Assembly: GCA_002387735.1 (NCBI GenBank)
Contig: DGKJ01000029.1
Coordinates: forward strand, 5,015-69,014
DNA length: 64,000 nucleotides
DNA from: Bacteriovoracaceae bacterium UBA4573
GTDB lineage: Bacteria > Bdellovibrionota > UBA1018 > UBA923
Reading direction: 5' to 3'
A model generated the notes under the pieces. It saw only the letters and a program-made list of their open reading frames with translations, made no database searches and was not told where the DNA came from. Of this stretch, positions 46,416 through 55,590 are shown piece after piece (the first letter of the stretch is position 1; every line of letters begins with the position of its first letter). The position numbers and the translations under genes are program-made.

Positions 46416-47470
46416 TGTTGAAGTGGGTCAATAGAGGCGTTTCGAAGAGGTCACTGATACTCAGCGGTTTGCTGTTGAGTCTTGTGGTCTTGGGAAATCA
46501 CTCGTATGCCCTTTCTCCAACCTACAAACAAGCGGCGGCCTCCCAACTAATTCAACATTTGCGCCCCGAGCTGCGGGGAGTTTTAGGACAACTGCGCAAC
46601 CGGGGAATTCTCGGGTATTGCGAGAGCCTCTTGGCGGGAACCTCGGACCCGGAACATCGCCGCGCGACGCTCGCATTAGAGGCCTTAGACGAACGGTTCT
46701 GGATGGCTGCTGCAGCTCACGTACCCAAGGGTGAAGCGCTGCCCGAGCAGGCGATTTTTCGCCTGGACCACCATGGGGCCACTTACGTTGCTACCAATTA
46801 CCTTATTCACGCCGATTACCTCGCGGGAGAGTTGGCTCGCGCTGCGCGCCTGCCAAATGCGAATAGTCGCATTCCACGAAAACGAATAGATCTGGGTTTA
46901 GCGCTTTGGAATTCTTTTCGTGATGCACTGGTTACAAACCCCCGCATGTGGCGCTGGAAACTTTTGCAACGCCAACCCAGTGGAGCCCTATTGGTCCAAT
47001 ACGAGACGCCCTGGAGAAAACCCGTTCCTTCGGCGGTGGCCCTTCTTGAGCGCCCCGACGGTTCGCGCCTTGCACTTCATCGTACAGCCGATGACCGAGA
47101 ATACCCGAACTTTTGGTCACTGCCGGGCGGAAAAGTAGACGGAATTGAAAACGGATTCGACACCGTTCAACGAGAGGTGTTTGAAGAAACCGGAGTCCTA
47201 GTCGAACATTTTGTACGAGTCGGAAGACAAGAATCGTCTCTGCCGAGTCGCAACGGATACCGCTACGACATCGAAATGTTCTACGCCCGCGTGCCTCAAG
47301 ATATTAAAATTCGCCATTCAACGGAGCACGACGAATTGCGCTGGGTCACACCCCACGAGGTTCGCGCACTTCATCCGATCGGTCCCGTCACGAAGAAATT
47401 GCTGCTCGGACCGCGACCACCGTCAACCATGTCCAGCCAGCTAAATACAGCACGCCACCAATCGGAGTAA
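46415..47470 (+). CDS. Secreted protein with C-terminal NUDIX hydrolase domain
   Basis: Signal peptide. Perfect Nudix box GGKVDGIENGFDTVQREVFEETGV (Gx5Ex7REUxEExGU). Confidence 0.65.
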   Translation: MLKWVNRGVSKRSLILSGLLLSLVVLGNHSYALSPTYKQAAASQLIQHLRPELRGVLGQLRNRGILGYCESLLAGTSDPEHRRATLALEALDERFWMAAAAHVPKGEALPEQAIFRLDHHGATYVATNYLIHADYLAGELARAARLPNANSRIPRKRIDLGLALWNSFRDALVTNPRMWRWKLLQRQPSGALLVQYETPWRKPVPSAVALLERPDGSRLALHRTADDREYPNFWSLPGGKVDGIENGFDTVQREVFEETGVLVEHFVRVGRQESSLPSRNGYRYDIEMFYARVPQDIKIRHSTEHDELRWVTPHEVRALHPIGPVTKKLLLGPRPPSTMSSQLNTARHQSE

Positions 47471-47771
47471 TGGCACCGAAAACTTTAATCCCGGTGAGCA
47501 CCAACGCGTAAAGACTGCCACCAAACACCAGCACGCCCAAAACCCAGCATACGGCTGGCCCCATCAAGTACAATTCTTTAGTTTTACCCGTGGCCGCGGC
47601 AAGACCAACAGCGACTAACGCCAAAGCGTGAAACATTTGGTACCGTACCGCCGTTTCGAACACTTCCAACATTCTAGGCTCAAGCCGCGTTCGCAGAGCG
47701 TGTGCTCCAAAGGCCCCGAGGGCTACAGACAAAAATCCAAAAATACTCCCGATCACCAATATCCAACGCAT
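47388..47771 (-). CDS. DUF423-family small membrane protein
   Basis: 4 TM, 127 aa. N-terminus MRWILVIGSIFGFLSVALGAFGAHAL typical of DUF423 (YgdD-like). TAATG overlap with upstream phhA-like gene. Confidence 0.6.
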   Translation of the reverse strand: MRWILVIGSIFGFLSVALGAFGAHALRTRLEPRMLEVFETAVRYQMFHALALVAVGLAAATGKTKELYLMGPAVCWVLGVLVFGGSLYALVLTGIKVFGAITPIGGVLYLAGWTWLTVVAVRAAISS

Positions 47772-49618
47772 TACGCCGCGCCCTTAGACAGCGCGCTTGC
47801 GTCTGCAAGCAGTTCTCGACCCCGCGCAATCATTTCTGCTTTTTCTACCGACCCGCGGGCGATTTCGTCGAGTCGTTTGTTAATGTTACCGATCCAAGAC
47901 TGCACCCGATGTGCGTTAGAGGTTTTCGCGTCTAGATACCCTGCAATCTCCAGAAGTTCCAACCGCAACAACCAATCTCGGGGATATTTGCGATCAAGTT
48001 TTTCTACTACTCGGTCGAGTCTCACGCCCGTAGCTTCAGGAAGGTTTGCCAGGCTTGCTTTCTTTCTTAATACCGACTCCCGAAATGCTCTAACTTCAGC
48101 GTACAAAACATTAAGCTCTGCGTTTTCCTTCGTAAGATTAGTTTTGGGTTTCGACGGACGCTGGGTATAACCTCCCATCGACGCAACGTAGGACGAACGA
48201 TCCGGTGCGTGACCGAATACGCTTTTAATCGTATTGCCTCGCACCCAGTCGTATTCGCCCCAAGCCGGCTCAAACAGTATGCGGTCGCCCCACTGCACTT
48301 TACAGTCAGTGAAGGTCTTCACGAAACCGCGAGCCCCTGGCTTTGGTACTCCGAGAATTTTTACTCCTGAAACAAAAGTAATTTCGGTTTTTCCCGTAGA
48401 TAGTTTGCGTTCACTTTCGATAGGTCCAACCGGGCAACCAAACCCTTGAGGGTGCCGGGCGACGCCGTGGCCTTTAAGTTCTTTTTCACGAATAGCAAGT
48501 TGGCAGGGGCCTTCAAAACGCAAATAGGCTGGCGACCCATCGCGCGCGCAAAGGGTTTCTACTAATTTTCCGCCGATTTGCACGCCTGAATCAAGCTCTA
48601 CTGTACACACGGCCCGCGAACGTTGAGCTTTCTGCAAACCTGTAATTCCACCCGTTTTAAAAGCCATAGTGCGAGCGAACTGCTCCAACACGACTCCCAG
48701 CGCCTCGAAATTAGGTGTTACGAACAACTGCGGTTGCGGTTTGGTAATATCGTAATGTTGCTGAATACAATTAAGGTCAAACGGAAGCTTTTTTACCGCT
48801 CGATCGAAACAATGAAAAGACTCCGAAAGCGAAGACAACAACCCCGCCCCATAAATTTTTGGATTTTTTAAATCACCTACTAAACCGTATTCAGTTGTCC
48901 ACCAGGCCATGCGCGAAAGCTCGGCAGCTTCACTCGTGTGATCGATAAGTGAGAGAGCCTTTTGCAACTCACGCTCTGCCTTCGCAATGTCGGCCGACGT
49001 CGAACTAGGATTTTCTTTAATATCCGAAAGTTCGCGAATGGCGTCGTACAAGTTGAGATCATGCTGTGCGATGATCGCCTTTCGGGACACCTCGCCGTAT
49101 TGTTTAAGGTATTTTGCGTAGCTTCGATCCGCAAGAATAGGAGCGTGGCCCGCGGCCTCGTGTACTATGTCCGGAGCTGGTGTATAGCCCAAGTGTTCGA
49201 GCGTGCGCATGTCACAGGCGATCGGCAACACACCAATCGAAAGAAACTCTAAAAACACGGCCGGCGGAATAAACCCAACCACGGGTACCGCACGCCAACC
49301 AAAGCGTTTGAGTTTTGCATCCATTTCGCTAATCAACGGAATCCGCTCGATACAAATTCCTGTTTCCTCGAGCCCCTCTAGATATTTTTCATGGGCCTTT
49401 TTTGCAAAAAACCGTTGAGATACCCGCAAAATAAAACGCCAACTCGCATGATCAATGAAAGTGTAAAGAGACGGATCTTGGGCGGCCACAAACGCCGTAA
49501 GGTGAGTAGGAATCGCAATCGTCCGCACCGCTTTTTTGCGGGCGAGTACCCGGGTCTTTTTTTTCTTAACGAGCGAACGCTTTACAGGTTTCGACTTTGC
49601 TTTTTTTCGAGAACGCAT
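47771..49618 (-). CDS. Aromatic-amino-acid (phenylalanine-4-) hydroxylase-like protein with basic N-terminal and ~250-aa C-terminal extensions
   Basis: Core collinear with bacterial PhhA: ...ERIPLISEMDAKLKRFGWRAVPVVGFIPPAVFLEFLSIGVLP...PDIVHEAAGHAPILADRSYAKYL...WWTTEYGLVGDL...IYGAGLLSS. Iron ligands are the two His in HEAAGH, plus the downstream ...WWTTEYGL... Glu. N-terminal KKAKSKPVKR... and a C-terminal Gly/Cys-containing extra domain. Confidence 0.7.
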   Translation of the reverse strand: MRSRKKAKSKPVKRSLVKKKKTRVLARKKAVRTIAIPTHLTAFVAAQDPSLYTFIDHASWRFILRVSQRFFAKKAHEKYLEGLEETGICIERIPLISEMDAKLKRFGWRAVPVVGFIPPAVFLEFLSIGVLPIACDMRTLEHLGYTPAPDIVHEAAGHAPILADRSYAKYLKQYGEVSRKAIIAQHDLNLYDAIRELSDIKENPSSTSADIAKAERELQKALSLIDHTSEAAELSRMAWWTTEYGLVGDLKNPKIYGAGLLSSLSESFHCFDRAVKKLPFDLNCIQQHYDITKPQPQLFVTPNFEALGVVLEQFARTMAFKTGGITGLQKAQRSRAVCTVELDSGVQIGGKLVETLCARDGSPAYLRFEGPCQLAIREKELKGHGVARHPQGFGCPVGPIESERKLSTGKTEITFVSGVKILGVPKPGARGFVKTFTDCKVQWGDRILFEPAWGEYDWVRGNTIKSVFGHAPDRSSYVASMGGYTQRPSKPKTNLTKENAELNVLYAEVRAFRESVLRKKASLANLPEATGVRLDRVVEKLDRKYPRDWLLRLELLEIAGYLDAKTSNAHRVQSWIGNINKRLDEIARGSVEKAEMIARGRELLADASALSKGAA

Positions 49619-49668
49619 CGCCTACATTAAAACTGAGACTTTTCCGATTGGCAATCGCTCTCTCTAGC

Positions 49669-51291
49669 TCAAGACTTCACGACGCCATTGCAACTTCGCT
49701 CGTAAGCTTCTTCCAACTTTTCGGAGAGCTTTTCTAAATCTAAAATCTCTTTTTCGTGCCCCGGAAGCACTGCGTAAGTGTCTTTACCAGTGCGAGTAAA
49801 ATAAAACCGAAGACACTCCGCGTCCGACAAATAATCTAATGCGTAACGCGGTCCGTAGGTCGCGGTGATCTGCGAAAAAAAACCTTTCACAGTAGGGTTC
49901 CCCCCGTTGGCTGGAAACTCTTTGAGAAAAAGAGCTAGAAAATCTCGTTTCACCTTAGGGTCTGCAGTATTCGGAGGCGTTTGAGGAACAACGGCGGCTA
50001 CTCCACTCGAACTGCCGGGTTGCGCATAAGTGACTGGCCCCACGCTCGATGGAACAGTGGCTACGGTCCCGTTTCCTCCCGTAGGCGGCGTCGCTGTGAT
50101 CTGCCACTGAGTACCGGAACCTGCCTTTAAGGTAAATTTCGAGTGCGTATGCAAAGGAATTGCAGATCTCGGCACCCAACTTTGGTGGCCCTCTTTTGGG
50201 TGATCGATCAGAATTTGCGGCGCTCCGCTTCTCTTCAACAGCGGCAACTGCCCCGACAAGATAGGTCCCCCAACCGGCGGAGGCGACATCGCGAAAACCA
50301 AGGCACTCTTTGGCAAACGCATTCCGCGAGAATCAACTCCTTCGTAGGAGTTCCCCGCACGCAGGATCAAATCGCGTCCGGCGTTTTCGGTTCCGAGTAG
50401 TTCGAGATCCTTCGAACCGCTCGGGTAAGGAATTGCCGCAGCCGCCTGAGGTTTCCAACTGTGATAATCAAACCGCACCACAAACGAGTGCCAATACCCG
50501 TTCCATCGCAGTGGGGTTGACGGCCGCACCAAAACCCAGGCCGAACTACTGCCACCCACGACCGACACTACGTCACTCGGTACGCCCGCATCGATAGCGT
50601 GATTGGGAAGCGGCGAAAACGTTAGCCGTGTGTTTGGTAACAATACCTCGAACTCTACTTTTCCGGATCGATTCACATCACCAAACGTTTCAACTTTTAT
50701 GAGATAAAGTTTGTCGGTCACGGCCACGAACTGGGAATCCGAGACCATGTGAATATCAAGAATCTGGCCATAAATGCTGGGGTCCACTACGGAAGCATTG
50801 CCCAAAGCCGGCACCGAGTTCGGTACTAGTTTACGCCGATCGAGCAACACCAAGCGATTTTGATCCGTAACTGCCACGACGGTACCTAGATCCCACTCCG
50901 CAATCGAATAAACAGGGGTCGCCATTGGTTGGATAGGTGCGAGTGAATTTTGGGCCTGCGCAGTGTAAAGACGGTAAGAATCATTGATCCACCAGGTTTG
51001 GGGATTCAACGAATTCAAATTGGTGGAAAGAGATTTGCGAATCCAATCTCCTGGTACCAGGTGGCGCACAACATGGCGGTAAACTGAAGGATTAGGGAAC
51101 GACTGTTGATCAAATTCCAAAAGGTCGGCGGTCAAGAGTCCCGCGACTGCCCCGCTGGGCCCTGAGGCCGGGGCGACTATTTGAGCGAAAGTGCCATTGG
51201 CCAACGCAGCCCAACTGCAAAATGGATAGACCGCGAACACCAAGCCGACAATTAAAGTTAGACTTTTTCTAAAAATAAAAACAAAGCTCAT
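49669..51291 (-). CDS. Secreted hypothetical protein (540 aa), beta-rich
   Basis: Signal peptide MSFVFIFRKSLTLIVGLVFAVYPFCSWA. Start overlaps the radical-SAM stop by 4 nt. Confidence 0.5.
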   Translation of the reverse strand: MSFVFIFRKSLTLIVGLVFAVYPFCSWAALANGTFAQIVAPASGPSGAVAGLLTADLLEFDQQSFPNPSVYRHVVRHLVPGDWIRKSLSTNLNSLNPQTWWINDSYRLYTAQAQNSLAPIQPMATPVYSIAEWDLGTVVAVTDQNRLVLLDRRKLVPNSVPALGNASVVDPSIYGQILDIHMVSDSQFVAVTDKLYLIKVETFGDVNRSGKVEFEVLLPNTRLTFSPLPNHAIDAGVPSDVVSVVGGSSSAWVLVRPSTPLRWNGYWHSFVVRFDYHSWKPQAAAAIPYPSGSKDLELLGTENAGRDLILRAGNSYEGVDSRGMRLPKSALVFAMSPPPVGGPILSGQLPLLKRSGAPQILIDHPKEGHQSWVPRSAIPLHTHSKFTLKAGSGTQWQITATPPTGGNGTVATVPSSVGPVTYAQPGSSSGVAAVVPQTPPNTADPKVKRDFLALFLKEFPANGGNPTVKGFFSQITATYGPRYALDYLSDAECLRFYFTRTGKDTYAVLPGHEKEILDLEKLSEKLEEAYERSCNGVVKS

Positions 51292-53255
51292 TTTACTCCC
51301 CTTACCCCAAAATTCTCGGTCTCCCCGCTTAAACTTGTATCTTCGTTGCGTAATGCGTTTCGTACTAAGTTTCTCGCGACACTAGGCCTTGGCACCATTT
51401 CTATGCCTTCATCGCCAAACCAACCGCGCACATCTTCTCGTAATCCGAGTCCATGCATGTAATTGTAAAGCGCTCGTCGCAGAGCTCGCCCCAACACGTC
51501 GTGATCCACTCCGGTCGGATCCACAAACTCTAGGTCGTTTTCCGCGAAGCCTTCAAATTTTTTGGGCAGAACTTTAATGCCAAAACGCTCAGGATTTCGA
51601 CCAATCGGACTATGCACAGTGGCCGAGAATCGGTGCCAATAAGCAGATTTTAAACAGTCGTTTTCGAAAAGTTGTCGCACTAGTTCCAAACTATCGACCG
51701 TGTCCTGAAGGGTTTGAGATGGAAACCCGTACATCAGATACGCGTGAACCAATATACCAGCGTTGGCAAAGTTTTTGGTCACTCTCGCGACCTGTTCGAC
51801 GGTCACGCCCTTATCCATGAGTTTCAATAGCCGATTGGTTGCCACCTCGAGGCCCCCAGTCACCGCGATACAACCGGCATCACTCATGAGTTGCGCCAGT
51901 TCAGACGTAAAACTTTTCTCGAATCTAAGATTTCCCCACCAACTCGCCACCAAGTCTCGTTTTAGTATTTCTTCGGAAATAGCTCGCAGAGCGGCGGGAG
52001 GAGCAGCCTCGTCTACAAAGTGAAAACCACTCACGCCGGTCTCTCGCACCAAAGCCTGCATGTGATCTACAACCATACCGCTCGGAGTGTTTTGATATCG
52101 CCCAATATAGTCGAGACTCGTGTCGCAAAACGTGCACTTTTTCCAGTAACAACCGTGGGCGATCGTCAATTTGTTCCACCGCGCGTCGGACCAAATCCGG
52201 TGCATGGGATTGAGCATTTCGATGACCGAAATATACTGCGCAAGATTTAAACCCTCGTAAGATGGGGCACCGAGCTCAGCCATGGGAATGTCGTCTTCCT
52301 GGGCGTCATTGCACCACTGAACACTAGTTCCATTCCCCACCAAAGTTCTTAGAAGTTTTGATTGCGGGCGCTTGCCGTGCAGAAACTCCAAAATGTTCAG
52401 AAGTGGTCGCGCTCCATCGTCAAACACCAAAAAATCAAAATAATTGAAAACCCGTGTTTCACTGCAACGTCGTAGTTCGGTATTCACGTAACCACCGCCA
52501 AGAGCCAACTTAATGTTCGGCTGCTTGAGTTTTACCTGACGCGCTACTCGAAACGCGCCATACACGTTTCCCGGAAACGGTGCACTCAAGCAAATGAGCT
52601 CCGGTTCTAGTTCCGCTACGACTTCCGCGGAGAGTTCATCGAGCATTTCGTCAACCAACGTAGGAGCCTCGGATTCTAATGCTTCGTTCAGAGCGGCAAA
52701 ACTTGTCTGACTGGCCGCCAGTTTCTCACCGTATCGCGCGAGACTAAACCGAGAGTCTATTCCCTGCGCAATTACGTCCGCCAGATCGTCCAAAAAAAGT
52801 GAACCCAGGTACTTTGCCTGATCTTGAACCCCCATTTCACCAAACATCTTTAACAGGTGGTGTCCTACAGCAGAGTCCTGAAGCGGAAGAAACCGAGGCC
52901 CCTCCGGCACCAAAGTGCGTCCAGCAAGACGCGTAGCAAGTGAAGGGTTTTTTCCTTGAAGAAACGCGACCACCGAATCGACAACCCGAACATAGTCGTC
53001 GGCCGCTTCTAAGAAAAACTGCACACTCTCTGATTCGATGGCTGACGATTCGAAATCTCTCTTTAAGCGTTCGCGAACTCGCTTTAATCCACTGGCCGAA
53101 AAAATCCTGCAGGCTAATTCAATTGAAAGATCTCTCTGGTAGGGCTGAACATTCAGTTCGCCGGCGCGGTTTTTTAGAAAACCATAAAGCGCGGCGCTCG
53201 CCGGATACGGCGTATTCAATTGCGTCATCGGTGGTGTAAGAAGAAGGACTCGCAC
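51288..53255 (-). CDS. B12-binding-domain radical SAM protein (non-canonical Cx4Cx2C cluster motif)
   Basis: N-terminal MRVLLLTPP...YPASAALYGFLKNRAG typical of the cobalamin-binding domain of class B rSAMs. GCYWKKCTFCD cluster motif. 655 aa. Confidence 0.65.
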   Translation of the reverse strand: MRVLLLTPPMTQLNTPYPASAALYGFLKNRAGELNVQPYQRDLSIELACRIFSASGLKRVRERLKRDFESSAIESESVQFFLEAADDYVRVVDSVVAFLQGKNPSLATRLAGRTLVPEGPRFLPLQDSAVGHHLLKMFGEMGVQDQAKYLGSLFLDDLADVIAQGIDSRFSLARYGEKLAASQTSFAALNEALESEAPTLVDEMLDELSAEVVAELEPELICLSAPFPGNVYGAFRVARQVKLKQPNIKLALGGGYVNTELRRCSETRVFNYFDFLVFDDGARPLLNILEFLHGKRPQSKLLRTLVGNGTSVQWCNDAQEDDIPMAELGAPSYEGLNLAQYISVIEMLNPMHRIWSDARWNKLTIAHGCYWKKCTFCDTSLDYIGRYQNTPSGMVVDHMQALVRETGVSGFHFVDEAAPPAALRAISEEILKRDLVASWWGNLRFEKSFTSELAQLMSDAGCIAVTGGLEVATNRLLKLMDKGVTVEQVARVTKNFANAGILVHAYLMYGFPSQTLQDTVDSLELVRQLFENDCLKSAYWHRFSATVHSPIGRNPERFGIKVLPKKFEGFAENDLEFVDPTGVDHDVLGRALRRALYNYMHGLGLREDVRGWFGDEGIEMVPRPSVARNLVRNALRNEDTSLSGETENFGVRGVK

Positions 53256-53388
53256 GACTACCCCTTAAAGACTTTTTCAGAAATAATGCATAGCATTAAC
53301 ACACTTAAAAAGTCAACTTAACCAAAGATATCGTAATCTTAGGGACTTGCCTCTCGTGTCGTGTTAGGCGGACGCCAGGGGGTGTTCT

Positions 53389-54828
53389 ATGAAAATTCTA
53401 AAATTCTTCTGGCCCGTGCTTGTTTTGGCCATGATTCCCGTTTCCAGTCACTCAGCGACAAAGGTTAACGATCTTTTGATCGCGATGTACATGGAGCCCC
53501 ACTCCCCGGGTGGACTGCACTTCGTCACATTTGAAACTCTTGGGGAAAACCCCACACCCGTGCCGTTTAAGGATTTACCAACCATCGATTCTTCGAAGCT
53601 CGTCATGAAGACCCACTCTCTTTCGCTTTCTTATTTGAGTTACCCCTTTGCTCACACACCCACACTGCCGCTGGTTGCGGGTTCACTACGGCTTGAAAAC
53701 CGAACCGTGGGCGTACCCGATTTAGTTCCTTCAGACCGCGGCTCTCGCCCGCTTGTGCTTGGCCAGGTAACCGAGAGCCTCGCACTAGATGTTCCAATCG
53801 GTGGAACCAATCACCTGATTTCCGTTTCGGAAGTTCGTTATGAGTCGGGAATCGCTCTTTTAGGCGACACCCTAGAGGCGCGCGGTCGTTTTCGGGACGC
53901 AGTTCTTCACGAAGCTCGAACCGATCTAAGAGAAAGTTTAAAACGCAACCGAGGTCACGAACCAGTCAATCGAGCCGCCCTCAACCGCATGTTTCCAGGA
54001 CTCGAGGTTAGCGCAAAATCCTTGATGGCCAGTTTACGGGCTTTTTTAATCGCCGAAGATGCATCGGAAGTCGACGCCACTCTAAAGAGATTGGAAGAGT
54101 TTTTTTATCGGCTTGCGGCCCAATCTCCGACACTCGTTGAAACGTCAGAGCGTGATTTCCTGGCCGGCCAGAAAATCCCCTCAACCTTGCCGAGATCTGT
54201 ACCGAACCCAGAAACCGCGACCGTAAGGCTCACGCGATTGTCTGAATTTTTTTTCGAGTCTGCTCAATCGTCGCACTTAGCACGGGAGCGCGGCGAAATC
54301 GAAAATGCTAAAATTGCGGCCACTAACGCATTTCGAGTGTTACTCGAAATGCACGTTGTGATCGGAAAAAATCTCGGTTCTCCGGGCACCAAGCGAACTC
54401 TCCATGCCCTGGGCGATGTTGGCATCATGATCGCATCAATGATTGCGTCGTGGAACACCGACGGCGGGGCCCATGCCGGTCTCTTGGCGCTGAGTTTCGC
54501 CGCAATGGCCGATTTATTTAGAACGACTTGGGTGCGCGACAACGTACTTCGCTCACCAAGATTTTTATTTCCCGGCATTCGCGGAAGCGTCGAACGCAAT
54601 TCCGCAAGGGACCTGCTCAGTCAAGGACGTTTCGAAAACCTACTGCAGGTAGGGCTCCGGAGCCCTGTAATAATAAACCCCCAGTTTCAGGATTGGCATC
54701 GAGCTGCTTCTGAACTCGCAGAAAACGGCAAACTCGTAAGTGCGCGAGAGATGCTCGACGTTCTAAAACTTGCGTCCAAACTCGAGGCCGACGCATTGGT
54801 TTCTTGCGCGACGCTACTTGAGAACTAA
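53389..54828 (+). CDS. Secreted hypothetical protein (479 aa)
   Basis: Signal peptide MKILKFFWPVLVLAMIPVSSHSA. Mostly helical C-terminal half. Divergent from the radical-SAM operon. Confidence 0.5.
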   Translation: MKILKFFWPVLVLAMIPVSSHSATKVNDLLIAMYMEPHSPGGLHFVTFETLGENPTPVPFKDLPTIDSSKLVMKTHSLSLSYLSYPFAHTPTLPLVAGSLRLENRTVGVPDLVPSDRGSRPLVLGQVTESLALDVPIGGTNHLISVSEVRYESGIALLGDTLEARGRFRDAVLHEARTDLRESLKRNRGHEPVNRAALNRMFPGLEVSAKSLMASLRAFLIAEDASEVDATLKRLEEFFYRLAAQSPTLVETSERDFLAGQKIPSTLPRSVPNPETATVRLTRLSEFFFESAQSSHLARERGEIENAKIAATNAFRVLLEMHVVIGKNLGSPGTKRTLHALGDVGIMIASMIASWNTDGGAHAGLLALSFAAMADLFRTTWVRDNVLRSPRFLFPGIRGSVERNSARDLLSQGRFENLLQVGLRSPVIINPQFQDWHRAASELAENGKLVSAREMLDVLKLASKLEADALVSCATLLEN

Positions 54829-55147
54829 AAGCGCACGCAGACTCACCTCTGCCGGGTGATCGCAAATGACATTGGAGTTCCCTTTGATGGACTGCCGAAC
54901 TCGTCGGACAAACCGATTATTCTCGATAGTTTATCGTCCTTAACACTTCCCTTTTGGCCTTTGTAGCGAAGCATGATAATATTGAAGACGTACTGCGTCA
55001 CACGTCTGTGAGGTGGTACCCCGTTTAAAGGAATAGTCCTCGAACGGGTGTTAATGTCCACTATCAGACCCGCCCAAGACGTCTTCCCAATGGTCCAGAC
55101 CTCTTGTCCGGATTTCGATAGTTCTGGTTCTAGAAAGAGGAGACCTC

Positions 55148-55528
55148 ATGGGTAAGAAACTATTTGTCGGCAACCTTCCATTTTCGGCAACTGACGAGTC
55201 GCTTGCGCAAATTTTCGCACAAGTCGGCACCGTTGAGTCCGCGAAGGTGATCACTGACAAAATGTCCGGGCGCAGTAAAGGCTTTGGATTCGTAGAAATG
55301 GCCGACGATGCGCAAGCAGCCGATGCCGTTGCGCGCTTCAATGGCATTGAACTCGAAGGCCGACCACTCACAGTAGCTGAAGCTAAACCGCAGGAGCCCC
55401 GCCAAGATCGTGGCGGCCGCGGTGGTTTTGGCGGTGGCGGTGGTCGCGGTGGTTACGGCGGCGGTGGCGGCCGTGGCGGCGATCGCGGTGGTTACGGCGG
55501 CGGCGGCGGTGGCCGCGGTCGATACTAA
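55148..55528 (+). CDS. RRM-type RNA-binding protein with RGG/Gly-rich C-terminal tail
   Basis: RNP-2 LFVGNLPF. RNP-1 KGFGFVEM. Tail (GGGGRGGYGGGGGRGGDRGGYGG). GAGGAGA SD 5 nt upstream. Confidence 0.85.
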   Translation: MGKKLFVGNLPFSATDESLAQIFAQVGTVESAKVITDKMSGRSKGFGFVEMADDAQAADAVARFNGIELEGRPLTVAEAKPQEPRQDRGGRGGFGGGGGRGGYGGGGGRGGDRGGYGGGGGGRGRY

Positions 55529-55552
55529 CCTCGGCTATAGAATATAGCTTCG

Positions 55553-55590
55553 AAAAACCCGGGTGGCGAAAGCTCCCCGGGTTTTTTTAT
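55553..55590. terminator. Bidirectional rho-independent terminator shared by the convergent RRM and 5'-nucleotidase genes
   Basis: AAAAACCCGGG-TGGCGAAAGCTCC-CCGGGTTTTTTT. A 6-7 bp GC stem flanked by an A-run and a T-run. The T-run contains the stop codon of the minus-strand gene. Confidence 0.7.

Noticed and set aside
54843-55061. 72-aa minus-strand ORF upstream of the RRM gene
   Set aside because: No SD, no recognisable motif, and it lies in the putative leader/promoter region of the RRM gene. Kept as unannotated.
55051-55405. Minus-strand ORFs (55051..55371, 55160..55405) antisense to the RRM protein gene
   Set aside because: They overlap a well-supported RRM CDS on the other strand. The Gly-codon-rich sense strand gives spurious Pro/Ala-rich antisense frames.
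55417-55525. Tandem GGY/RGG codon repeats
   Set aside because: Coding low-complexity tail of the RRM protein, not a non-coding repeat element.
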